64,000 nt of DNA from Escherichia phage PECP20. Below are positions 44,057 through 56,549 of this stretch, piece after piece. The position numbers and the translations under genes are program-made. The DNA is taken from the sequence record OQ873415.1. One strand, 5' to 3'. Below the pieces are notes generated by a model, which had not been told where the DNA came from, made no database searches, and saw only the letters and a program-made list of their open reading frames with translations. Every line of letters begins with the position of its first letter. Within the stretch, counting starts at the first letter, position 1.

Positions 44057-46027
44057 ATGGCAAACACTCCTGTAAATTATCAGTTAGTCAGAACGGCGAA
44101 TGCTATTCCCGAAATTTTTATCGGGGGCACATTTGCCGAAATTAAAACAAATATAATCGAATGGCTCAATGGACAGAACGAATTTCTTGATTATGATTTT
44201 GAAGGTTCGCGTTTAAACGTATTGTGCGACCTTTTAGCATATAATACTCTTTATATCCAACAGTTCAGTAATAGTGCGGTGTATGAAAGCTTTATGCGCA
44301 CTGCAAACTTGCGTAGCTCTGTTGTACAAGCGGCTCAAGATAACGGATACCTGCCTTCATCTAAATCGGCAGCACAAACAGAAATTATGCTCACATGTAC
44401 GGATGCATTAAATAGAAACTATATCACTATTCCACGTGGTACTCGTTTCCTGGCGTATGCTAAAGGTACTTCTGTAAATCCATATAACTTTGTTTCCACA
44501 GAAGACGTCATTGTAGTTAAAGACAAAAATAATCAATATTTCCCACGTCTTAGGTTAGCTCAGGGACGTATTGTTCGTACTGAATTAACATTTGATAAAT
44601 TAAAACCTATCATTATTCGTGATAAGAACATTGACCGTAATTTGGTTAAATTGTATGTTGACGGAGCAGAATGGATTAACTGGACTCGCAAATCGATGGT
44701 TCATGCTGGTTCTACTTCAACCATTTATTATATGCGAGAAACTGTTGACGGGAACACTGAATTTTATTTTGGTGAAGGTGAAATCTCTATTAACACGTCA
44801 GAAGGTGCTTTAACATCTAACTACATTGGCGGCCTTAAACCTGTCCAGGGTTCTAAAATCGTAATTGAATATATTTCTACTAATGGTGCTGAAGCAAATG
44901 GTGCAGTAGGATTCTCTTATGCTGATACATTAGCTAATATCACAGTTATTGGAATTAATGAAAACCCAAGTAATAACCCTGACTTCGTTGGTGCGGATGG
45001 CGGTGGCGACCCTGAAGATATTGAACGTATCCGTGAATTAGGTACAATTAAACGCGAAACTCAACAACGATGTGTGACTGCGACCGATTACGACACATTC
45101 GTCTCTGAACGATTTGGTTCTATTATTCAAGCGGTTCAGACATTTACGGATTCATCTAAGCCTGGGTACGCATTTATTGCTGCTAAACCTAAGTCTGGGC
45201 TATATTTGACTTCCGTCCAACGAGACGATATTAAAAATTATCTTAATGAGTATAACTTAGGGACGATAACTCCTGTTGTTATTTCTCCTGATTATTTGTT
45301 TATTAAAATGAATATTCGCGTTACGTATGCATTGAACAAATTACAAGAATCTGAACAATGGTTAGAAGGCCAAATTATTAATAAAATCGACCGGTATTAT
45401 ATTGAAGACGTGGAAATTTTTAACTCGTCATTCGCAAAATCTAAAATGCTAACGTATGTCGATGACGCAGATATTTCTATCATTGGTTCGTCTGCGACTA
45501 TTCAAATGGTTCGCGAGGTACAGAACTTCTACAAAACACCTGAAACAGGTATTAAATACAATAACCAGATTAAAGATAGAACATTAGAATCTAACGTGTT
45601 TTCATTTGATAGTTTACGCGTTGACCCTGAAACGGAAGATACTATTAAATATGACGTTCGCATTGTAGGTTCAGATAGAAATGACCGTGGCATTGGACAA
45701 GTTATTATTGGCCCGTTTGCAGATGGTGACGTTATAGAAAATGCTTATATTCAACCATATACTGGTGACGATTTTAATAAACTTCATGTTACGGACGGAA
45801 GAAACAAATATTACTCTATAGGTGAAGTAAATTATCCGGCTGATTCAATTTATTGGAATATAGCTAAAATTGATTTAACTTCCGATAGATTTGAAGTTCA
45901 AACTATTGAACTCTATTCAGACCCAGCTGATGATGTTATCTTTACTAAAGACGGGTCATTAATTGTATTTGAAAATGACTTACGTCCACAATATTTAACC
46001 ATAGATTTGGAGCCTATTTCACAATGA
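44057..46027 (+). CDS. 6: Baseplate wedge protein gp6
   Basis: About 656 aa from MANTPVNYQ...; synteny and size. Confidence 0.9.
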   Translation: MANTPVNYQLVRTANAIPEIFIGGTFAEIKTNIIEWLNGQNEFLDYDFEGSRLNVLCDLLAYNTLYIQQFSNSAVYESFMRTANLRSSVVQAAQDNGYLPSSKSAAQTEIMLTCTDALNRNYITIPRGTRFLAYAKGTSVNPYNFVSTEDVIVVKDKNNQYFPRLRLAQGRIVRTELTFDKLKPIIIRDKNIDRNLVKLYVDGAEWINWTRKSMVHAGSTSTIYYMRETVDGNTEFYFGEGEISINTSEGALTSNYIGGLKPVQGSKIVIEYISTNGAEANGAVGFSYADTLANITVIGINENPSNNPDFVGADGGGDPEDIERIRELGTIKRETQQRCVTATDYDTFVSERFGSIIQAVQTFTDSSKPGYAFIAAKPKSGLYLTSVQRDDIKNYLNEYNLGTITPVVISPDYLFIKMNIRVTYALNKLQESEQWLEGQIINKIDRYYIEDVEIFNSSFAKSKMLTYVDDADISIIGSSATIQMVREVQNFYKTPETGIKYNNQIKDRTLESNVFSFDSLRVDPETEDTIKYDVRIVGSDRNDRGIGQVIIGPFADGDVIENAYIQPYTGDDFNKLHVTDGRNKYYSIGEVNYPADSIYWNIAKIDLTSDRFEVQTIELYSDPADDVIFTKDGSLIVFENDLRPQYLTIDLEPISQ

Positions 46028-49000
46028 CAGTAAAAGCGCCAGCAGTCACGAGTCTCAGATTATCTAAATTGTCCGCAAACCAAGTTCAAATTCGCTGGGA
46101 TGAGGTTGGCGCTAATTTCTACTATTTTGTGGAAATAGCTGAGACCAAAACAGCTAACGGGGAAGAAATTCCCCGTAATAGCTATAGATGGACTAATTTA
46201 GGATATACCGCTGATAACAATTTCTTTGAGTCTGGTTTAAATTCATTAACAACATATATGATGCGTGTGGCTACAGCAGCGGAGGGATTTGAGCAGTCTG
46301 ATTGGAGATACACTGAAGAGTTTGAAACATTTGAAATAAACGCTTACACATTCCAACATATGATTGAAATGCAATTAGCTAACGAGTTTATTTCTGAAAA
46401 ATTTACAAAAAATAATACAAACTACGTTGATTTTAATAATGACACGATCATGGCAGCACTGATGAGCGAGTCGTTCCAATTTAGTCCTGCATACACCGAT
46501 GTGTCGTCGATTAGAAATTTTATAATTGGTGAAAATCAGTATCATGAAATCCAGGGGCATATCCAGGATGTATGTAAAGATATAAATCGAGTATATCTAA
46601 TGGAATCTGAAGGAATTCTTTACCTTTTTGAAAGATTCCAACCTATTGTAAAAGTATCTAATGATAAAGGCCAAACATGGAAAGCGGTTAAATTGCTTAA
46701 TGACCGTGTAGGATATCCACTTTCACGAACCGTATATTACCAATCAGAATATACGACGTATTTGCTCGGCTATGATAAGATTTTTTACGGGCGTAAATCA
46801 TCGGATATTCGTTGGTCTGCTGATGATGTTCGTTTCAGTTCACAAGACGTAACATTTGCTAAAATCGGGGACCAATTAAATTTAGGTTTTGATGTAGAGA
46901 TTTTCGGTACATACGCGTCATTACCAGGAAACGTATCACGTATTGCAGAAGCTATTACTTGTAATGATGACTATGTTTATATTGCGGCCAGAGATAAAGT
47001 TCGCTTCGTTAAAACCAGTAACGCTCCTATTGATTCAGATCCATTATCTCCGACCTATTCCGAACGGTTGTTTGAACCTGAGACGTTTACAATAACAGGC
47101 AACCCTAAAGCAGTTTGTTATAAAATGGATTCTGTTGGTGGAAGAATATTCGCTCTTATTATTGGTGAAGTTGAAAACGTTAATGACGACCCAAGAACAA
47201 AGCCTATTTTGGATTCCGTTGATAAAGGTGTATACGTTTTAGACCATGACGCTGGAACATTTAAAAGGATATTTGGTAATACCGAAGAAGAACGCCGTCG
47301 TATAGAACCGGCTTTCACCAATATGTCTACTGATGGTGTTGAGCTTTATATCTCTTCTAGTAATTTTAAATTTTTAGAATCTGATATTGTTGACGACCCA
47401 GAAACGCAATCTAAGTACGGACTTTTTGGAGCAGTTAAGTATGAATATCCTAGAGAATGGCTCGCAGATAAACATTACCATATGATGATTTTCGCATCAA
47501 ACGAAGAAAGTAATTGGGAAACTTTTTCACCAACTCCTATGCAGTATTATGCAGAACCTTTCTTTAGTTATTCTAGAAAATCAGGCACACGTTCTTGGAT
47601 TAATAACTCTGATAGAGCGGTAGTGATTTATTCTGATTTGCTTTACACAAAGGTAGTGGAAAGCTACCCTAGCACTTCACCTGATCGTAAAGTTCACGAA
47701 TACTGGAATGATGGCGATTGTAAGATTGTTATGCCGAATATAGAATTCACTGGATTTAAAAAATACGCATCTGGTATGTTGTTTTATAAATCATCAGGTG
47801 AAATAATTTCATATTATGATTTTAGTTATCGTGTTAGAGATAACGTTTCTATAATTTGGAAGCCCACTAACGTATTTTTGACCGCCTCATTACAAAACCA
47901 AGAAAAAGAAACTTCTTGGGTTCCTGTTGAAGAGACAGGTCTAGCTGACCCGGATTTACGCCCATTACTCACTACAATGATGCCAGAGTCTTATCTGTTG
48001 GATAGTACAAACTTTGAAGCATTTTGTGAAGCGTATATTCAATATCTTTCTGATGGATACGGGACTCATTATAATAACTTATTGAATTTGATTAAAAATA
48101 AATACCCACGAGAAGAACACGCATGGGAATATCTTTGGTCTGAAATTTATAAACGGAACATTTATTTGAATGCTGAGAAACGTGATTTAGTTTCTAGGTT
48201 CTTTGAGTCCAGAAGTTATGATTTTTATTCTACTAAAGGAACTGAAGCGTCGTATAAGTTTTTGTTTAAAGTTCTTTATAACGAAGACGTTGAAGTGGAA
48301 ATTGAGTCATCTGCTGGAACAGAGTACGATATCATAATTCAATCTGATTCTATAAGTGAAGATTTGGTTGGACAAACTATATACACCGCTACAGGTAGAT
48401 GTAATGTTACATATTTAGAAAGAAGCTATTCTAAAGGTAAATTACAATGGACTGTGACTATTCATAACCTTTTAGGTAGGCTTTTAGTCGGTCAAGAAGT
48501 AAAAGCCGAAAGACTAGCAGATTTTGAAGGTGAAATAGTTCGCGGTATTAAAGGTAAAGAACTTGCCCAAAACACTATCGATTATTTTAATCGTGGTAGA
48601 GCTTATTACGTCATGAAAATAAAGTCAAATCTTCCATCCTCTCGTTGGAAATCTGACGTACTACGTTTTGTACATCCGGTAGGATTTGGATTTATTGCAA
48701 TAACCTTATTAACAATGTTTATTAATACAGGATTAACGCTTAAACATGTTGAAACTATTATTAATAAATATAAAAATTATAAGTGGGATTCCGGACTGCC
48801 TACGGAATATGCAGACCGCGTCGCTCGTTTAGACCCTCAAGGTAATGTAGAATTCAATCCTGTTACAGGTGAAGTAATTTATGATGCTGGTCCTTATGCC
48901 GGTATCGAATACCCTTTACCTGCAAATTATAATGAAGAAAATGATAACTCTATTTTCCAAGGACAATTACCGTCCGAACGACGCAAGCCAATGAGCCCAT

Positions 49001-49122
49001 TATTTGATGCATCAGGTACAACGTTCTCTAGATTTAGAGAGCTTGTTAATGAAAGATTGTTAGATAACGTGGGAAATCCTAGAGACCCGATTAATCCACC
49101 ACAGGTTAAATTAGATGAATGA
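46024..49122 (+). CDS. 7: Baseplate wedge initiator gp7
   Basis: 1032 aa, identical in length to T4 gp7. Confidence 0.9.
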   Translation: MTVKAPAVTSLRLSKLSANQVQIRWDEVGANFYYFVEIAETKTANGEEIPRNSYRWTNLGYTADNNFFESGLNSLTTYMMRVATAAEGFEQSDWRYTEEFETFEINAYTFQHMIEMQLANEFISEKFTKNNTNYVDFNNDTIMAALMSESFQFSPAYTDVSSIRNFIIGENQYHEIQGHIQDVCKDINRVYLMESEGILYLFERFQPIVKVSNDKGQTWKAVKLLNDRVGYPLSRTVYYQSEYTTYLLGYDKIFYGRKSSDIRWSADDVRFSSQDVTFAKIGDQLNLGFDVEIFGTYASLPGNVSRIAEAITCNDDYVYIAARDKVRFVKTSNAPIDSDPLSPTYSERLFEPETFTITGNPKAVCYKMDSVGGRIFALIIGEVENVNDDPRTKPILDSVDKGVYVLDHDAGTFKRIFGNTEEERRRIEPAFTNMSTDGVELYISSSNFKFLESDIVDDPETQSKYGLFGAVKYEYPREWLADKHYHMMIFASNEESNWETFSPTPMQYYAEPFFSYSRKSGTRSWINNSDRAVVIYSDLLYTKVVESYPSTSPDRKVHEYWNDGDCKIVMPNIEFTGFKKYASGMLFYKSSGEIISYYDFSYRVRDNVSIIWKPTNVFLTASLQNQEKETSWVPVEETGLADPDLRPLLTTMMPESYLLDSTNFEAFCEAYIQYLSDGYGTHYNNLLNLIKNKYPREEHAWEYLWSEIYKRNIYLNAEKRDLVSRFFESRSYDFYSTKGTEASYKFLFKVLYNEDVEVEIESSAGTEYDIIIQSDSISEDLVGQTIYTATGRCNVTYLERSYSKGKLQWTVTIHNLLGRLLVGQEVKAERLADFEGEIVRGIKGKELAQNTIDYFNRGRAYYVMKIKSNLPSSRWKSDVLRFVHPVGFGFIAITLLTMFINTGLTLKHVETIINKYKNYKWDSGLPTEYADRVARLDPQGNVEFNPVTGEVIYDAGPYAGIEYPLPANYNEENDNSIFQGQLPSERRKPMSPLFDASGTTFSRFRELVNERLLDNVGNPRDPINPPQVKLDE

Positions 49123-50119
49123 TTCAAGTGTTGTCTATCGTGCGATAGTTACTTCAAAATTTAGAACTGAAAAAATGTTGAATTTTTACAATTCAATAGG
49201 TGATGGCGATAATAAAAACACCATCTTTATAACGTTTGGTCGGTCTGAACCATGGGCTGCTAATGAAAATGAGGTGGGCTTCGCCCCACCGTATCCAACA
49301 GACTCGGTTTTAGGTGTAACAGATATGTGGACTAACATGATGGGTTTAGTTAAAGTTATCCCATCTATGTTAGACTCGGTTATTCCTAGACGTGACTGGG
49401 GAGATATTCGTTATCCGGACCCTTATACATTCAAAATAAATGATATAGTCGTATGTAATACAGCCCCATATAATGCCACTGAAGTCGGAGCTGGATGGTT
49501 AGTATACCGTTGCGTAGATGTTCCTGATGTTGGGATGTGTTCTATTGAGTCTCTCGACAACAAAGAAGAATGTCTTAAATTAGGCGGTAAATGGACTCCA
49601 TCTGTTAGGTCTTTAACCCCTCCTGAAGGCCGTGGAGACGCTGAAGGGATTATCGAAGTTGGTGATGGATATATATGGGAGTATCTTTATGAGATTCCAC
49701 CCGATGTGTCTATAAACCGATGTACTAATGAATATATAGTCGTTCCATGGCCGGAAGAAGTTAAAGAAGACCCTGCTCGGTGGGGATATGAAAACAATCT
49801 AACCTGGCAACAAGATGATTTTGGCCTTGTGTATAGAGTTAAAGCAAACATAATTCGTTTTAAAGCCTATTTAGACTCAGTTTATTTCCCTAATGCAGCA
49901 CTGCCTGGTAATAAAGGATTTAGACAAATTTCTATTATCACAAACCCCTTGGAAGCTAAACTCCGTCCTAATGACCCTAATATAAAAGCTGAAAAGGATT
50001 ATTATGACCCCAGAGATTTACAGCGTCATTCGGGTGAAATGATTTATATGGAAAACCGTCCACCTATTATTATGGCAATGGACCAAACCGAAGAGATCAA
50101 TATTTTGTTTATGTTCTAA
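49115..50119 (+). CDS. 8: Baseplate wedge protein gp8
   Basis: 334 aa; synteny. Confidence 0.9.
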   Translation: MNDSSVVYRAIVTSKFRTEKMLNFYNSIGDGDNKNTIFITFGRSEPWAANENEVGFAPPYPTDSVLGVTDMWTNMMGLVKVIPSMLDSVIPRRDWGDIRYPDPYTFKINDIVVCNTAPYNATEVGAGWLVYRCVDVPDVGMCSIESLDNKEECLKLGGKWTPSVRSLTPPEGRGDAEGIIEVGDGYIWEYLYEIPPDVSINRCTNEYIVVPWPEEVKEDPARWGYENNLTWQQDDFGLVYRVKANIIRFKAYLDSVYFPNAALPGNKGFRQISIITNPLEAKLRPNDPNIKAEKDYYDPRDLQRHSGEMIYMENRPPIIMAMDQTEEINILFMF

Positions 50120-50123
50120 TTTA

Positions 50124-50147
50124 GGGAGACTTCGGTCTCCCTTTCGT
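50124..50147 (+). terminator. Terminator-like hairpin (GGGAGAC-TTCG-GTCTCCC) after gene 8
   Basis: Perfect 7-bp stem followed by TTTCGTG. Confidence 0.5.
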
Positions 50148-50148
50148 G

Positions 50149-50156
50149 TATAAATA
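50149..50156 (+). promoter_or_regulatory. T4 late promoter TATAAATA for gene 9
   Basis: Exact octamer 26 nt upstream of the gp9 ATG. Confidence 0.65.
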
Positions 50157-50181
50157 GTATAAACTATTAAGGATTAGCCAC

Positions 50182-51045
50182 ATGTATATTCAAACTCCAA
50201 AACAATTGATTGACGTTGGCGAAATTGGTAACGCTTCTACAGGCGATATCCTTTTTGACGGCGGTGTTAAAATAAACAATGATATAAATGCTATTTACAA
50301 TGCGTTTGGCGACCAACGAAAAATGGCAACTGCTAATGGGACAGGACCAAATGGACAAATAATCCATGCTACTGGATACTACCAAAAAGGAGGTCCTACT
50401 GATTATTTCACCCCTGTTCCAGTAGGAAGTAGACACGACATAGATGCTTCCACCGGTGGTGTTATTGTTACTGTTGCTAGAGGTGAACTCGGTGATTCCG
50501 TGGAATTTATAAATTCAAACGGGTCAATTTCGGTAAACAACCCATTAAGTATCCAAGCATTAGATTCTATTAAAGGTGTTGCAGGTAATTTAGTTATAAC
50601 CACACCTTATACTAAAGTTACTCTTCGTTGTATTTCTTCTGGTACAGGCGGCTCAATATGGGATTATTCTACAGAAAGTATGTTTAGTCATACCGAAATT
50701 CCTGTAGACGGGACATGGAATATTATTTCAGACTATGTCAATATTCCTCTATTTTATAAAACTGAATATAATGCTGCTAAACTTTTGGTTACATGCCAAT
50801 CTGCCAACGGCAGAAAAATTAAATCATGCGAAATAAATATTCTAATAGATACAATTAATTCAAGAGTTATTTCAACCGAATACGCAGTGATGCGCGTTGG
50901 TAATGATAACGAAGAAGATGAAATTGCGAATATTAGTTTTTCGATAATTAACAATTTTGCCACTATGACAGTTTCTTCACATATAAATGGTCTTCGAGTG
51001 GCAGCTAAAGTTATTTCAACTCAGAAAATTAGGGTCGCTCAATAA
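50182..51045 (+). CDS. 9: Baseplate wedge / long-tail-fibre socket protein gp9
   Basis: 287 aa; synteny. Confidence 0.85.
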   Translation: MYIQTPKQLIDVGEIGNASTGDILFDGGVKINNDINAIYNAFGDQRKMATANGTGPNGQIIHATGYYQKGGPTDYFTPVPVGSRHDIDASTGGVIVTVARGELGDSVEFINSNGSISVNNPLSIQALDSIKGVAGNLVITTPYTKVTLRCISSGTGGSIWDYSTESMFSHTEIPVDGTWNIISDYVNIPLFYKTEYNAAKLLVTCQSANGRKIKSCEINILIDTINSRVISTEYAVMRVGNDNEEDEIANISFSIINNFATMTVSSHINGLRVAAKVISTQKIRVAQ

Positions 51046-52859
51046 TGAAACAAAATATTAAAATTGGGAACGTCGTTGATGACGGACAAGGCGATTACCT
51101 TCGTCGTGGTGGTGCAAAAATTAATGAAAACTTTGATGAGTTGTATTATGAATTAGGCGATGGCGAAGTTCCATATTCCGCTGGTGCCTGGAAAACATAC
51201 CATTCTTCAGATGGACTTAATTTAGCTGCTGAATGGGGTAAATCATACGCAATTGATACTTCAACAGGGCGTGTTTCTATAAATTTACCTAAAGGAACAG
51301 TGGAAGATTATAATAAAGTAATTAGAGCCCGTGATGTATTCGCCACGTGGAATATTAACCCTGTAACATTAATTGCTGCCAGCGGTGATACTATTAAAGG
51401 TTCTTCCAGCCCAGTAGAAATCAATGTGCAGTTTTCAGACTTAGAATTAGTTTACTGTTCTCCTGGGCGCTGGGAATACGTTAAAAATAAACAAATAGAC
51501 AAAATTACTAGTTCTGATATTAGTAGTGTAGCTCGTAAAGAATTTTTAGTCGAAGTTCAAGGTCAAACTGATTTTCTTGATGTATTTGGGTCTGTTTCTT
51601 ATAATGTGAATAATATCCGTGTAAAACATCGTGGTAACGAATTATACTACGGTGATGCGTTCAGTGACAATAGCGACTTTGGTTCTCCAGGAGCTAATCC
51701 TGGAGAAATCGTTGCATTAGATGGTAAAAACATCCGTTTAAGACAACCATGTAATATTGGCGACACCGTACAAATTGAAACCTTTTTGGATGGGATTACA
51801 CAATTACGCAGTTCTTATTCTCGCCGCCAAATACGTATTTTAGATTCGAAATTAACAACCCGTCCTTCCTTAGAAGGAAGTGTATATGTCGCTGATTTGT
51901 CAACTTTGAAATCTATTCCTTTTTCCGCATTTGGAGTTAATCCTTCAGAACCGGTCAATACCAATTCTTTAGAAGTTCGTTTTAACGGTATTCTTCAAGA
52001 ATTAGCTGGTACTGTTGGTTTACCTATGTTCAGGTGCGAAGGTGCTGATGCAGAAACTTCTACCGAGTGTTCAGCTTTAGGTGGGACTTGGGTTACATCT
52101 AATACCGATTATTCTATTGAATATGATGATAATGATGCAACTATTGCACGTGCTTTAGTCTTTGACCGTAAGTTTGAAGACCAAGACATTATTGATATTA
52201 CATGGTTTAATAACGATTTAGGCACTTTATTAAGTATCGATGACATTTTAGATACAACTGATGAAAGGTATGTCGCACAAGGCGCAACCGTAAATGTGAC
52301 AGGCGATGTGGCTTTGACCGATTTCAATAATATCGGATGGCCTAATGTAGAACCTGTTCCGACATATAGCAGGGAATTCTCGTCTATTGCAAATATTTTT
52401 AACACCATTTACCCTGTCGGTACTATTTACGAAAATGCAGTGAACCCTAATAACCCAGCCACATATTTAGGATTTGGCTCTTGGAAATTATGGGGACAAG
52501 GAAAAGTATTAGTTGGATGGAACGACGATATTAGCGATCCTAATTTTGCATTAAATAATAACGACCTTGATTCTAGCGGGAATCCTACACATACCGCCGG
52601 TGGAACAGTCGGAACAACGTCTAACACACTAACTAATTCTGATTTACCTCCTACTCAAACTGACGAGAAAGTTCTTATTTCCGATGAGAACGGTACAATT
52701 ATTATTGGTGGTTGTCAATACGACCCTGATGCGGAAGGTCCTATATACACCAAATACCGTGAAGGCCACGCCACAACGAATAGTACACACGTACCGCCTC
52801 AAGCTGTAAATAATATTCAACCGTCAATTACCGTATACCGTTGGGTAAGGATTGCATAA
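51045..52859 (+). CDS. 10: Baseplate wedge / short-tail-fibre attachment protein gp10
   Basis: 604 aa; synteny. Confidence 0.85.
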   Translation: MKQNIKIGNVVDDGQGDYLRRGGAKINENFDELYYELGDGEVPYSAGAWKTYHSSDGLNLAAEWGKSYAIDTSTGRVSINLPKGTVEDYNKVIRARDVFATWNINPVTLIAASGDTIKGSSSPVEINVQFSDLELVYCSPGRWEYVKNKQIDKITSSDISSVARKEFLVEVQGQTDFLDVFGSVSYNVNNIRVKHRGNELYYGDAFSDNSDFGSPGANPGEIVALDGKNIRLRQPCNIGDTVQIETFLDGITQLRSSYSRRQIRILDSKLTTRPSLEGSVYVADLSTLKSIPFSAFGVNPSEPVNTNSLEVRFNGILQELAGTVGLPMFRCEGADAETSTECSALGGTWVTSNTDYSIEYDDNDATIARALVFDRKFEDQDIIDITWFNNDLGTLLSIDDILDTTDERYVAQGATVNVTGDVALTDFNNIGWPNVEPVPTYSREFSSIANIFNTIYPVGTIYENAVNPNNPATYLGFGSWKLWGQGKVLVGWNDDISDPNFALNNNDLDSSGNPTHTAGGTVGTTSNTLTNSDLPPTQTDEKVLISDENGTIIIGGCQYDPDAEGPIYTKYREGHATTNSTHVPPQAVNNIQPSITVYRWVRIA

Positions 52860-53518
52860 TGACCATACTTAATACTAAAGCGGGAGTAATATCCCGCGAA
52901 GCAGATTTTTTAGGATTTAGAAAAAATCCTACTCAAATTGATATTTTAAACAACCAAGGCGTAGGTTCTGTAACTATTTCTCAATTGGCAAAAGGATTCT
53001 ACGATGATAACGTGGAATCTGCAATAAACGATGTTCATAATATTGCTAGAGCAGATGTAGGAACAGTTACAATTAACACCTCAGGTGTATCTCCTGAAGG
53101 AACTTCACAGGTAGATTATTGGTCATTTAGTGGAAGTGTAACTGACCCTAGTTTGCCCGATGGAAGCCCTGTTATTGTAAAAGTTTACGGGCTTCCTGTT
53201 AACGCTACTGTAGGTATGACAGCCGACGAATTTGTTGTACAATTACGTACTACTCTCCGGAATGCGATTTCCGACCAATTGGCTATTGCAGAGTATAAAG
53301 ATGACCCTACTGTTGGGACTAAATTACAAATAACATATTTAGATAACCAAAGACACATACTCCCAACGTATTCCGCTTATGGTATCACGGTTTCTCAAGA
53401 AATAGTGTCTCAGGCTAAGTCCGGATACGGCACTTGGAATTTACTAGGTGCGCAAACCATTACTCTTGACAACCATACTTCACCTACAACCTTTTATTAT
53501 TTTGTGAGAAGCGCATGA
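52859..53518 (+). CDS. 11: Baseplate wedge protein gp11
   Basis: 219 aa from the ATG overlapping the gp10 stop (TAATG). Confidence 0.85.
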   Translation: MTILNTKAGVISREADFLGFRKNPTQIDILNNQGVGSVTISQLAKGFYDDNVESAINDVHNIARADVGTVTINTSGVSPEGTSQVDYWSFSGSVTDPSLPDGSPVIVKVYGLPVNATVGMTADEFVVQLRTTLRNAISDQLAIAEYKDDPTVGTKLQITYLDNQRHILPTYSAYGITVSQEIVSQAKSGYGTWNLLGAQTITLDNHTSPTTFYYFVRSA

Positions 53519-55065
53519 GTAACAATACATATCAACACGTTTCGAATGAATCGGTATATGTTGAATTTGACCCTGCAGGGTCAAATTTTGATAGTTCAAT
53601 AACCAATGTCCAGGCAGCCTTAGCCTCAATTAGCGCATATGGTGTTAAAGGTGTTCCGGACGCAAGCGAAGCAGAAAAAGGTGTAATTCAATTAGCGACA
53701 GAACAAGAAGTTCTTGATGGATTTAATAGTACTAAAGCCGTTACACCCGCCACATTAAATGCAAGACTTCAGTATCCGAACGCGTCAGAAACACAATACG
53801 GTGTAACTAAATATGCAACACAAGAGGAAGCCATTGCCGGCACTTTAGACACTGTTTCTATTACTCCACTTAAATTAAACCAAACTATTGATAACACGTT
53901 CTCTACTCGTTATTCCACCGAAACAACTAATGGTGTTATTAAAATTGCAACTCAAACCGCTGCACTTGCCGGGTCTGATGATACCACGGCAATGACACCG
54001 CTTAAAACTCAGCAATTAGCAATAAAATTAATTTCTCAAATAGCTCCTAATAACGACCCGGCTTCAGAATCTATTACCGGTGTTGTGCGTTTAGCTACGG
54101 TGGCTCAAACACGTCAAGGAACTCTTCGCGAAGGATATGCAATTTCCCCATACACCTTTATGAATTCTGTTGCAACACAAGAATATAAAGGTGTTATACG
54201 TCTAGGAACACAAGCGGAAATTAATAGTAATTTAGGAGATGTTGCTGTAACAGGTGAAACGCTAAATGGTAGAGGAGCTACCGGTTCTATGCGTGGAGTC
54301 GTAAAATTAACGACGCAGGCCGGTGTTGCACCCGAAGGCGATAACTCTGGAGCATTAGCATGGAACGCGGATGTAATTAATACACGCGGTGGGCAAACTA
54401 TTAATGGTTCTTTAAATTTAGCCCATCTCACAGCAAATGGAATTTGGTCACGTGGCGGAATGTGGAAAAACGGTGACCAGCCGGTTGCAACAGAGCGATA
54501 TGCATCTGAACGTGTTCCTGTTGGAACAATTCAAATGTTCGCAGGTGATAGCGCTCCTCCAGGTTGGGTTTTATGTCATGGCGGGACCGTTTCTGGGAAC
54601 CAATTTCCGGACTATCGAAATGTGGTTGGAACGAGATTTGGTGGTGATTGGAATAATCCTGGAATTCCAGACATGCGCGGTCTTTTTGTTAGAGGAGCTG
54701 GTACAGGCAGCCATATTTTAAATAATCGCGGTCAAGACGGCTATGGAAAGGATAGATTAGGTGTAGGATGTGACGGTATGCATGTTGGTGGTGTCCAAGC
54801 ACAGCAAATGTCATATCATAAACACGCTGGTGGATGGGGCGAATATCAACGTCATGAGGCACCATTCGGAGCATCCGTATATCAAGGTTATTTGGGTACT
54901 AGAAAATACGCTGATTGGGATAACGCATCATATTTCACAAATGACGGCTTCGAATTAGGTGGTCACCGCGACGCAACAGGCACTCTTAACCGTGAAGGAC
55001 TTATCGGATATGAGACTCGTCCATGGAATATATCTTTAAATTATATTATTAAAGTCCATTACTAA
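53515..55065 (+). CDS. 12: Short tail fibre gp12
   Basis: 516 aa; synteny. Confidence 0.85.
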   Translation: MSNNTYQHVSNESVYVEFDPAGSNFDSSITNVQAALASISAYGVKGVPDASEAEKGVIQLATEQEVLDGFNSTKAVTPATLNARLQYPNASETQYGVTKYATQEEAIAGTLDTVSITPLKLNQTIDNTFSTRYSTETTNGVIKIATQTAALAGSDDTTAMTPLKTQQLAIKLISQIAPNNDPASESITGVVRLATVAQTRQGTLREGYAISPYTFMNSVATQEYKGVIRLGTQAEINSNLGDVAVTGETLNGRGATGSMRGVVKLTTQAGVAPEGDNSGALAWNADVINTRGGQTINGSLNLAHLTANGIWSRGGMWKNGDQPVATERYASERVPVGTIQMFAGDSAPPGWVLCHGGTVSGNQFPDYRNVVGTRFGGDWNNPGIPDMRGLFVRGAGTGSHILNNRGQDGYGKDRLGVGCDGMHVGGVQAQQMSYHKHAGGWGEYQRHEAPFGASVYQGYLGTRKYADWDNASYFTNDGFELGGHRDATGTLNREGLIGYETRPWNISLNYIIKVHY

Positions 55066-55074
55066 GGGTAAAAA

Positions 55075-56517
55075 ATGATCGAATTAAAAAGTCTACCATA
55101 CGTTGATGGCCCTCCTGATGAGGGTCAAAAACGTTTAAACTGGATTAAAAATTCAGAAGAAATAACTGGCGCTGATACGTTATACGGTTCTGAAGGAGTA
55201 ATGAACCGTCCAATAACAGAAGTTCAACGAAATGTAGAAACAATTAACGATAACGTTAAGACTATCGCAGAATCTTTAGATACCGCTAATGCTGATATTG
55301 TCACAATTAAAAGTATCTTGGATGTTTCTGGTGACGTAGATGCTTTAGCACAAATTGGACATAACACTGATGATATTGAAGTATTAAAACACACTGTAAA
55401 TTCACACGGTGTTGATATTTTAAACACTGAAGAAAAACTAGATGATACTATTGCTAATATCGGAGTAGTTAATCCAGAAACAGATTCAGTGTATCGTACG
55501 GTGCGTAACGACCTTCTTTGGATTAAAACCGAATTAGGGCAATATACTGGACAAGATATTAATGGTGTTCCGACCGAAGGTAATGAAAGCACCGGGATGA
55601 AACGACGTATTATTACTAACAGCTCAGTGTTGGTTGACCAAGGCGTTCGTTTAACCGAGTTAGAAAATAAATTTGCCGATTCTGATGTTGGGGCTCTGAC
55701 AACCGAAGTTGAAAACCTCCGTCAAGAAATAGGTCCTAGACCATCGTTAACAGTACCGGTTTACACTCGTTTATCCGGTATTGATTCATCCATTTCTATC
55801 CAAACCAGAGATATTGCGGCATTAAAAGATTTTGTTGGATATCCTAATTCAACCGCTATTAAAACTCAAGACGAGGCCAATCGTCTTTCTATATCAACAA
55901 TAAATTCAGACATTAACTCGCCTGGTGGTATTAAACCACGTTTGACAACGTTAGAAACTACTATAGGCTCTCCAGATTTACCAACTACTCTTCAGGGTAA
56001 GATCAAATTAAATACCGATTCCATTTCAGGTATTAACACAGTTTTAGGTGTTGATTCTTCTAGTGGTTTACGTTTTAATGTAGCATGGCTTAATCAGGTG
56101 GTTGGAGTTGATTCAAACGGTGGACAACCTGAACCGGTTGGTTCACTTTTATATAGGACTCGTATTCTTGAAACCGGTGTTACCGACCTAGGCAATAACA
56201 TTCAAAACGTTCAAACTGAATTGGGAACTAATTCGTCTGGTATTAAAGGACAAGTAACTAGTTTAAATAAACTTATAAGCGGCACTAACCCAAACGGTCA
56301 AACCATAGAAGAACGTGGTATATTGCCAACAGTTAAAAACCACGACACGACAATTACGGATTTAACTACGCGTGTTACCACTTTAGAAACAGACCTTGCT
56401 GCAGCAGAAGCAGAAATTCAAGCCCTTAAAGAGGCTGGATATATCGAAGATGCTCCTTCAGACGGTAAATTCTATGTTCGTAAAGATGGTGCTTGGGTTG
56501 AACTTCCTACAGCTTAA
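55075..56517 (+). CDS. wac: Fibritin (whisker antigen control, wac)
   Basis: 480 aa with segmented coiled coil and C-terminal foldon-like ...GYIEDAPSDGKFYVRKDGAWVELP. Confidence 0.85.
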   Translation: MIELKSLPYVDGPPDEGQKRLNWIKNSEEITGADTLYGSEGVMNRPITEVQRNVETINDNVKTIAESLDTANADIVTIKSILDVSGDVDALAQIGHNTDDIEVLKHTVNSHGVDILNTEEKLDDTIANIGVVNPETDSVYRTVRNDLLWIKTELGQYTGQDINGVPTEGNESTGMKRRIITNSSVLVDQGVRLTELENKFADSDVGALTTEVENLRQEIGPRPSLTVPVYTRLSGIDSSISIQTRDIAALKDFVGYPNSTAIKTQDEANRLSISTINSDINSPGGIKPRLTTLETTIGSPDLPTTLQGKIKLNTDSISGINTVLGVDSSSGLRFNVAWLNQVVGVDSNGGQPEPVGSLLYRTRILETGVTDLGNNIQNVQTELGTNSSGIKGQVTSLNKLISGTNPNGQTIEERGILPTVKNHDTTITDLTTRVTTLETDLAAAEAEIQALKEAGYIEDAPSDGKFYVRKDGAWVELPTA

Positions 56518-56523
56518 TGAAAA

Positions 56524-56537
56524 GGGCCTTCGGGCCC
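56524..56537 (+). other. RNA hairpin GGGCC-TTCG-GGCCC between wac and gene 13
   Basis: Perfect palindrome; no clear U-run. Confidence 0.4.
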
Positions 56538-56549
56538 TAAAGGATTTAT